Below are positions 55,660-64,000 of a stretch of DNA of 64,000 nt, piece after piece. Under the pieces are notes generated by a model. That model was not told the DNA's origin. It saw nothing but the letters and a program-made list of their open reading frames with translations, and did not search any database. Positions within the stretch are counted from its first letter, which is position 1, and each line of letters opens with the position of its first letter. Source of the DNA: Octopus sinensis (taxonomy: Eukaryota); contig NC_043005.1 of NCBI RefSeq assembly GCF_006345805.1, forward strand, positions 66,712,001 through 66,776,000. The letters run 5' to 3'. The translations under genes were made by a program, and so were the position numbers.

Positions 55660-55747
55660 ATGTATGTACATAATATATGTATATATGTATTTGTATATAT
55701 ATATGTATACATATATACATACCTACACACACACACACACACATATA

Positions 55748-55800
<53 letters not shown>
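53760..55800. repeat. Near-identical tandem duplication, period 1029 bp
   Basis: The unique segment 53761-54596 recurs at 54790-55625. Identical track ORFs are offset by exactly 1029 nt. Junctions lie in (TA)n/(TG)n. Confidence 0.95.
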
Positions 55801-55821
<21 letters not shown>

Positions 55822-56777
55822 CATATATATATATACATACATATATATATGTAGCAATGAAATGCAAAAATGAGAAAGTTTCACACATTAGACATTTTAT
55901 TTTATATTTATGTATTTAATGCCTCTTTTTCAATTTGTCATATTTCTGAATTGTAATCGAAGTGGGAATCAAATGAATGTGAATTATGCCATTTAACTAT
56001 GCAAGACATGAAATAATTAAAGAAAAACAGATAAATAATTAACGTTCCATATAATATAACCATGATGTCAGGTTTAAAGATTAAAAATGTATTACGAAAC
56101 GGCCTTTATCTCACAGATCATTAACGGAAAACATAGATATGACAAAATGAAATTTGGCTATGAAAACAATAAAAAATTGAAACAACAACAATGAAAATAA
56201 TTATAATAAACATAATATATAAGTATAATTAATTGCTAATATATTTTAAGTGTTAATGTATAACTATTTGTGCATATCTATAGGTTTGTTGAATAAAGAA
56301 CATTACGCTTACATGTGCAGAAATAGTTATGCGAAATAAATTATGGTGAAAATGCAAAATGCTAAAATGTGGAATGAATATTGCAGACACGAGACATGAA
56401 GCATTGGAGAATGTAGCTTATGTAATTCTAAAAAATGTACTATTTATGAATCCAGCAAATTTGATGTATGCAGAATTAAACTATTTCAAAAATAAACGTA
56501 TATTTACAGATTTCATAAAAACACAGTAATACATACGAAACACATACTCTTTTGATTTTTACTCATATAACAGTTTTATACGTTTGAGAAAACTAAAAGA
56601 GAAGTTTGTTTATTTAAAGATGTTATGAATTATTGCCTAAATATAATTTAAAGCAAAGTTGTAAGGTGATGTGAAATACGAAATATATAATAATGAAATA
56701 TTATACTAGCACGAAACATTGTTAAATATGCAGTAACAACTGTAATATATTTTGTACATAATATTTGATCATATATG

Positions 56778-56809
<32 letters not shown>

Positions 56810-57366
56810 GGTGCAGTGTGTCATGTAGATAATTGTTATAGCTACATTCGGTATCTCCTGTTTAAAGTGCACATGTATAGAAATTCACATAACTCTCTTC
56901 CACACACACAACTCACACCCCATAGACACATAATCTCTACTCCTTCTTTTTAGCATTCTTCACATTTAGTTTCAAACATCATATATCGATGACACTACTA
57001 AAGAATGAATACACACGCGCACGCATACACAACGTTAGACACATGTCTTATATAACATTATTGTATGATTAAATATGATGTTACATAGAGCGTATTTAAT
57101 ACATATATAAAGTTATTATAAAAATATTATAAAAATGACACATAATGTTAATCTAATGACACTTTAAAGTGGTTAAATAATAGTTAAGAAATGTTAGGAG
57201 ATAGGAGAATATATTTAATAAATGTCTTCGAATATTATCCAAAATATTTGTACTGTTCTTTGCTTAGCACACCCACAAGCAAGGCATACCCACGCATATA
57301 CATACATACATACAGACACACATATATACATATACATACATACATACATATATATAATATATATAT

Positions 57367-57424
<58 letters not shown>

Positions 57425-57428
57425 CTGC

Positions 57429-57598
57429 ATTTAAAGCAGCAGAAAAATTCAACAAAACCTGTTACTCTGAGTTCCCGTTCCCGTTCATCGGACAGTTTTG
57501 GCTAGGATAGGGTGAACTATTCTAGCAAAAACTGCCCGATAAACGGCAACGGGAAACTCAGAGTAACAGGTTTTGTTGAATTTTCTGCTGCTTTAAAT
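57429..57598. mobile_element. Fold-back (MITE-like) palindrome, ~82-bp arms, 6-nt loop
   Basis: atttaaagcagcagaaaaattcaacaaaacctgttactctgagtt...ctaggatag-ggtgaa-ctattctag...aactcagagtaacaggttttgttgaattttctgctgctttaaat has few mismatches and directly follows (TA)n. Confidence 0.8.
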
Positions 57599-57672
57599 AA
57601 AGCATATTACTCTACCACTGGTATTTGAGTACTCTTTTTTCCACCTTGTTTCACATTTATGTGTTTACTCCA

Positions 57673-57719
<47 letters not shown>

Positions 57720-59763
57720 TGTGTGTGTGTACGTGTGCGTGTGCATGTATGTGTATGTGTGTATGTGTACATATATATATATATGTGTGTGTGTGTATAT
57801 ATACCTGTATCGATATGCATATCTATCAATATGTATATTAACCTTCTGGGGTGCAGACCACATCGATATCATCTGGAACATGTAGTGTGGAGAAGAGTTA
57901 AACGAAAAGTAACAAAGGCTTCTAGTTAGAAATATTTAGCCCTCAATTGATGAGTTGATGTGACTGGCTTTCTTCACAACGTTCAATAAATTTTCATCAC
58001 ACTTTCCTCGTTGTAGGCAACCAGAATATTGCCGTTAGTTTGTTTGCATTCATTAGTTGGTAACATTTCACTGTCAACAATTACTACGGTTTCGTGGATT
58101 TGCATAAAAATCGAGCATGAGCTCACAGATATACTATACAGAATAGGCAGTCATTTCACTATATATGGCATGGATTACGTACACTGCAGTTGTGCGTGGT
58201 TATGTTAGACCTATAGTTGTGTGCCCGGGCAATTAACAGCGATGCATTAAATTTTATCAAAAGAGCTTATATCTACTAACAACAACAAGGTATGTCGCTT
58301 TCGAATTAAGAAATACTTCATGCTACTGGATAATTTGCTCTTTCATGCGGTGGCATATTTGGCAATTACGAAGTCTAGGTAAATAAGGAGTGGCCCTGTC
58401 AAGATGCTTCATATGGTGTTGGGAAAGTGGTTTTCATGACCTGGAGCCTTCGTATAACGTGGGATGTAAGATGAAGTATTCCTCGTTCCCATACCTGCGG
58501 TGTTACATGTGTTATTGAAATATCCTCTGAAACTATTTACTTTTATTCCCATGTATTATTAGTATTTTGTATTGCCATCGTGTGATGTAAAAGTGGTTCT
58601 ACAGAGCAGATTGTTAGCGGGGTAGCATCCTACTTGTGGACAGTTCATAAGATTTAGGCAGTTCCAAACTGCAGTGTGGTGTGAAATTTAGCAGCAGTTA
58701 GTTCACCCTGTCTTAGTGTGCAATGTTGGATGTAATGTTATCGAATCATAAGTAGCTAACCTTGACCTTAAGAGAATGAAAATGCTTATGGAATTATGAA
58801 ATGTTGTCTATTTGGCGTCAAAAGGAAAAAAAACTCCTGGTTGAAAATGTGTAGTAGATAAACTGAAAGTTTAAGCTAGATTAAATTTCTCTTTATCACT
58901 CTCTTCTGCCTTGAGGAAGTGGATGGCAGAGCCTTCTATGTTAGTAACTATTCAGTAAACCAGTCTTCACTGATGATTTATTGAAATGAAATGCATCCTG
59001 TACAAGATTCCTCGGTCCGCCTGTAGATTGGAACTCCTTCAGTTGATAATTGTAAGTAGGTTTGCAATTACAACGGGGGGACATTTGGAGTTTCATATAG
59101 CGAGGAGAATACTTGCATGCCTCGAGCTTTAAAGTTACGCACAGGAATTTGCTAGCCGAATTCTTTGAAGATGCAGAGAATTTTCCTGAACTTATCCCTG
59201 GCGTGACCATTTATATAGCTTGAAATCTATACAGATCCAAATGAAAGGATGTGTGAGCTTTTTTGTGGCTAACCAACAGAAATAACCCGATGAGGCTAGT
59301 GCAAACGGTCTCTTCATAACTTGCCATGGTTACTTTGATCAATGTTTACTTTTTAATCCGGTAGGAGGAATCATAGTAAACTCTTAGCTTTCAAAACGAT
59401 TCTAATATCGAAATAACTACTTCTGAAAAATTGTCTCCCGAAGTGTGGATGTTATTTCGATATCGAAGTGTAGTAATCTAGGATAAAACCCTGGGCGTAA
59501 TAAAATAACGTTATATTCTCAATGACGAGAAACCAGCTGATATGAGTAGTACTAAAATATTATTGGATCAAATTTATAGCTCTTCTAATATCAGCGTTAA
59601 TGCAAACAAATTTAGCGTGTGCTCCTTAACCATGATGCTGCGAGTGCATGTGTCTAAACGGTCCACATGATCTTCTATATTTAGGAGTGTGGCTAGTAAC
59701 CATGCTTCAGATTTCATTTTATTGTATGTTCAGACGTTATGATTTGGTGATGGTGTTATTAAG

Positions 59764-59828
59764 ATGAACTTCGTGTACGCAGGCATTAGATTCTTAGTTT
59801 TTCTTTTGTACGTGAAGTTTTTGAAGAG
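59764..59828 (+). CDS. Candidate first coding exon with hydrophobic signal-like peptide (MNFVYAGIRFLVFLLYVKFLK)
   Basis: ATG plus donor GAG|GTAAGA, phase 2, compatible with exon 62713-62797. Confidence 0.22.
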
Positions 59829-60441
59829 GTAAGAATAATGCCGAAATATGACGCTTTTGTAGACGGTTTTTCAAATCAAATTCGGAATTTTGATGTCTTT
59901 CTAAGAATGGCATAATCGTCTTTTGAAACCTAATTGGTCTGCGGATATACTGGTACTAGTATTTATGCAGCAGATGATTTCAACGTCTTTTGGCAATAAA
60001 TAGTAATGCGAGAGTATGTCAGTATAACACAATATCCTAAAATCTCCAAATAAATGTTATGCGAGCTACATTTTGTATATAATATTTCTGCATATATATA
60101 CGCACGCACACATATTCATATATATATACATATATATATATAAATATGTACACAGATATGTGTGTTTGTGTGTGTGTGTGTGTATTATGTTATTGTAACT
60201 TGTGAAGTTCGTTCAGCCAAAACCGAACATATCACTGATTCTACTGTATTACCATTTACTACGGACTCACTAATCACTGGATTGCTTGATTAATTTTACA
60301 TTCAATCGATCAAATAGCTGGTTTGCCAGCGTACCTCTGTCACCATTCCGAATTTTATCAATGACTTGCCTTTATTTAATTTAATTTAAAGGAATCGAGG
60401 CAGATTTGTCCCTGTATGTATATATATGTGTGTGTTTATAC

Positions 60442-60497
<56 letters not shown>

Positions 60498-60515
60498 GTA
60501 TAAATATGCGTATTT

Positions 60516-60566
<51 letters not shown>

Positions 60567-60611
60567 ATATTTACATAGACATATATGTGTGTATGTATAA
60601 ATACATATATG

Positions 60612-60643
<32 letters not shown>

Positions 60644-61003
60644 TATAAGTAGGTTGATATTTACGTATAGATATATAATGTTGATGGTAGTCTCTCGTAG
60701 ACTGAGGAAGACTGTTCTGGAATTTCTGATTGAACAACCTAAACAAATCAGTTGCTTGTAGTAGTCAAACGTATGTGGTGTACAAAAACAAACACCCCTC
60801 CATGAAATTGATTTTGCTTGAATAGGTGCACGGTATCCACGCGCCAAGTGTCGCATAGCAATGCGGCGTGCAATTGAAATGATTAAATAACCGTGAATGC
60901 AACAAACTAAACATTAACCGCTCTCTCGCATACATGCATACATATACTTATACACACACACACACACACACCACACACACAAATATATATATATATATAT
61001 ATA

Positions 61004-62062
61004 TATACATACTACATACGTACATATATACAGATGTACGATAGATAAATTGTTAGATAGATAAACATTGATAAATAGATAGACAGAGAAACACAGGCAA
61101 CAAATCAAACAATCTGTTGCTGACAAAAATCAAATACATACTAGTAGATACGCTCACAGATATGGACAGATATATGAGTGCTCCTAGATTTACAACATTT
61201 CAAATTCTGTCAACATAATATGTTGACAGAATATATTAGATGTCAAGTGAGTAAATGTTTCAGTGTCAGAATTTAGAAAATTTTGAAATAAACGCGGATA
61301 AATTGAGAAAGCCAGTTGACCCTAGATTTAGCGCTGAAAGTGCTGGCATCATCAAGACACAGCTACATAATCAATGCGCAGATATATACAGACGTATAGA
61401 GCAAAGACACGCACGCATGCATGCATAACTAAATGCATACACTAACACAGATGCACATCATGCACACTTACATACAATAATACATACATATATACATATA
61501 CATATAAATATATGATTATGTATATATATATATATATAATATATATATATATACATACTACATACGTACATATATACAGATGTACGATAGATAAATTGTT
61601 AGATAGATAAACATTGATAAATAGATAGACAGAGAAACACAGGCAACAAATCAAACAATCTGTTGCTGACAAAAATCAATACATACTAGTAGATACGCTC
61701 ACAGATATGGACAGATATATGAGTGCTCCTAGATTTACAACATTTCAAATTCTGTCAACATAATATGTTGACAGAATATATTAGATGTCAAGTGAGTAAA
61801 TGTTTCAGTGTCAGAATTTAGAAAATTTTGAAATAAACGCGGATAAATTGAGAAAGCCAGTTGACCCTAGATTTAGCGCTGAAAGTGCTGGCATCATCAA
61901 GACACAGCTACATTAATCAATGCGCAGATATATACAGACGTATAGAGCAAAGACACGCACGCATGCATGCATAACTAAATGCATACACTAACACAGATGC
62001 ACATCATGCACACTTACATACAATAATACATACATATATACATATACATATAAATATATGAT

Positions 62063-62095
<33 letters not shown>
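61004..62095. repeat. Near-identical tandem duplication, period ~546 bp
   Basis: catactacatacgtac...gattatgtatata occurs twice, differing by 1-nt indels. Each copy has a 14-bp hairpin attctgtcaacata-a-tatgttgacagaat (61204-61232; 61749-61777). Confidence 0.95.
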
Positions 62096-62100
<5 letters not shown>

Positions 62101-62289
62101 AACACATTTACACATATGAATTCAAATGCATATATAATCCTGGTGGTTACCGTGTTTCATCTTAAATCGCTTTTATACGACTAACCACAGCGCGTGTATA
62201 CACGCACACACACTCTCTCTCTTCCTCTATTTCTCTGAAACACACACACACACTCATATGTATGAGTAGAAAAATAAATGAAATGAGAA

Positions 62290-62390
62290 ATAAGGAAAGC
62301 TTCTACCACTGCAGAAAGATTAAAAACACCTTTATATTTCAGGCGCAAAGACCTATCTTCAGAAGAATAAAGTGAAAGAAATGTGTATTT
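62290..62390 (-). mobile_element. Degenerate PLE-type terminal fragment
   Basis: The minus strand reads CTGAAGA-t-agg tctttgcg cct-GAAA (62337-62362). Confidence 0.35.
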
Positions 62391-62542
62391 ACATTACATA
62401 CATTACATACCGATTTATTTGACTGTATTCTTTGAAGACATAAAGGTTTATTCAAAAAACTTTTTATAAAATTAGAAGCCCTACTTATTTCTTCTTTCAC
62501 CCTTCTTTTATATTTCTGTACTCAAATGCTTCAAGCAAATAC

Positions 62543-62610
62543 CTTGCTCTTCTTCCAATGGCAATTCATCAATATCAGTCACTCCTGAGTGGGATTTAGG
62601 GCGGAGTTGT
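62543..62610 (-). CDS. Candidate internal exon, phase 2-1 (QLRPKSHSGVTDIDELPLEEEQ)
   Basis: Acceptor tttgttttgcttgttcgccggcag and donor AAG|GTATTT. Only one frame is open. Confidence 0.28.
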
Positions 62611-62712
62611 CTGCCGGCGAACAAGCAAAACAAATACATTGAGCATGTGGGTTCGATACAAAACACTATCACTGCTCCTAATTCATTTTCGTATATATTC
62701 TTATGTTTGCAG

Positions 62713-62797
62713 TGTCGTGACATACGAGCAAATGGGTTTTACCCTATTTATATATAATCATGGACTGGTGATCATGTTCGTCTCCGATTCGGTTCAG
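62713..62797 (+). CDS. Candidate internal exon, phase 2-0 (VVTYEQMGFTLFIYNHGLVIMFVSDSVQ)
   Basis: Acceptor ttcttatgtttgcag and donor CAG|GTACGT. Only one frame is open. Confidence 0.28.
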
Positions 62798-63419
62798 GTA
62801 CGTGGTATTGATAAGCCACAAAAATAGCGAAACACCTATGTCCATCGCTCCTGATAGCATCTGGGACGAGGTCTCTCGCCTGTCTGTGACTTCCAGTTGT
62901 TTTAACAGCCGGCGCTTTAAAACAGTCCCCCACACCATATTCAACCGCAACCCACTGGCAAACAATCTTAGTGCATGGATTGAGTATGCGTGGTCGTTAT
63001 TGAGTTTATGCTGGTATTAACACGAAGTAATCAGAATTTAGGACATGTTATGCAGGAATTAATGCAAATACTGAAGCATTATCGTTACACAATAATACAA
63101 AAAATAGATAGCTAATAATTTAAATTCTAAAAGGTATATAATCACACGTTGAATTTCACCGACGTTATCCTAAGAATGCACATTTACCGGTCAGTCAACT
63201 GTTAGAACTGGGCAAAAAAAGCAGGCAGTCAGAATTTTGTATAATTCTGTATTAGTGCCTTCGTTCATTTAACTCTTCAAGACAAATATTAAAACCAAAG
63301 CATCCTTTTGGTTTTACATTCTGTTTTGAAGAATTCGGTTGAATGAACGAAAGTGTAAATAAAGAATTTTCCAAAATTCTGACTGCCTCTTTTCCTCAAT
63401 GTACGAAATACTTATATAT

Positions 63420-63831
<412 letters not shown>

Positions 63832-64000
63832 CACATACACACACTCACGGACACACAAACACACACATATATGTACATATATATCTGTCTAAGTATGTAT
63901 TTGATAACTTTCCTCAGAAAAGATCTCGGTAAAGGGCTGCAAAGATGTATGTTCTGCTGCCACAAATCTCGGGGTTCAAAATCATTTAGAACGGAAATAG

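Noticed and set aside
3644-58990. Other CTGATGA hits (~3646, 26212, 30018, 35013, 39463, 58970; minus ~42455, 49290, 50160)
   Set aside because: No correctly placed GAAAC with pairing helices I and III, which is expected by chance in AT-rich DNA.

Overview
AT-rich eukaryotic DNA that is mostly intergenic or intronic. It is dense in (TA)n, (CA)n, (TACA)n and trinucleotide microsatellites and carries tRNA-derived SINEs I recognise as typical of Octopus (taxon is an inference). No host protein-coding gene can be named with confidence: most long ORFs in the track are microsatellite artefacts, and only low-confidence candidate exons and promoters are offered. Well-supported content is transposon-derived: two divergent Penelope-like (PLE) GIY-YIG endonuclease remnants, several PLE-type terminal fragments, a CR1/L2-type RT remnant, an R4/Dong-type restriction-like endonuclease remnant, an RTE 3' end, a non-autonomous Helitron, SINEs, two fold-back elements and near-identical tandem duplications (1029 and 546 bp periods). 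The stand-out is 15160-16600: a non-coding ~471-473 nt unit in tandem and then inverted, inserted in (TA)n. It carries three complete type I hammerhead ribozyme motifs plus one 3' half, with a 12-nt palindromic stem III. This is a retrozyme-like element with ribozymes on both strands and a ~640 bp fold-back arm.
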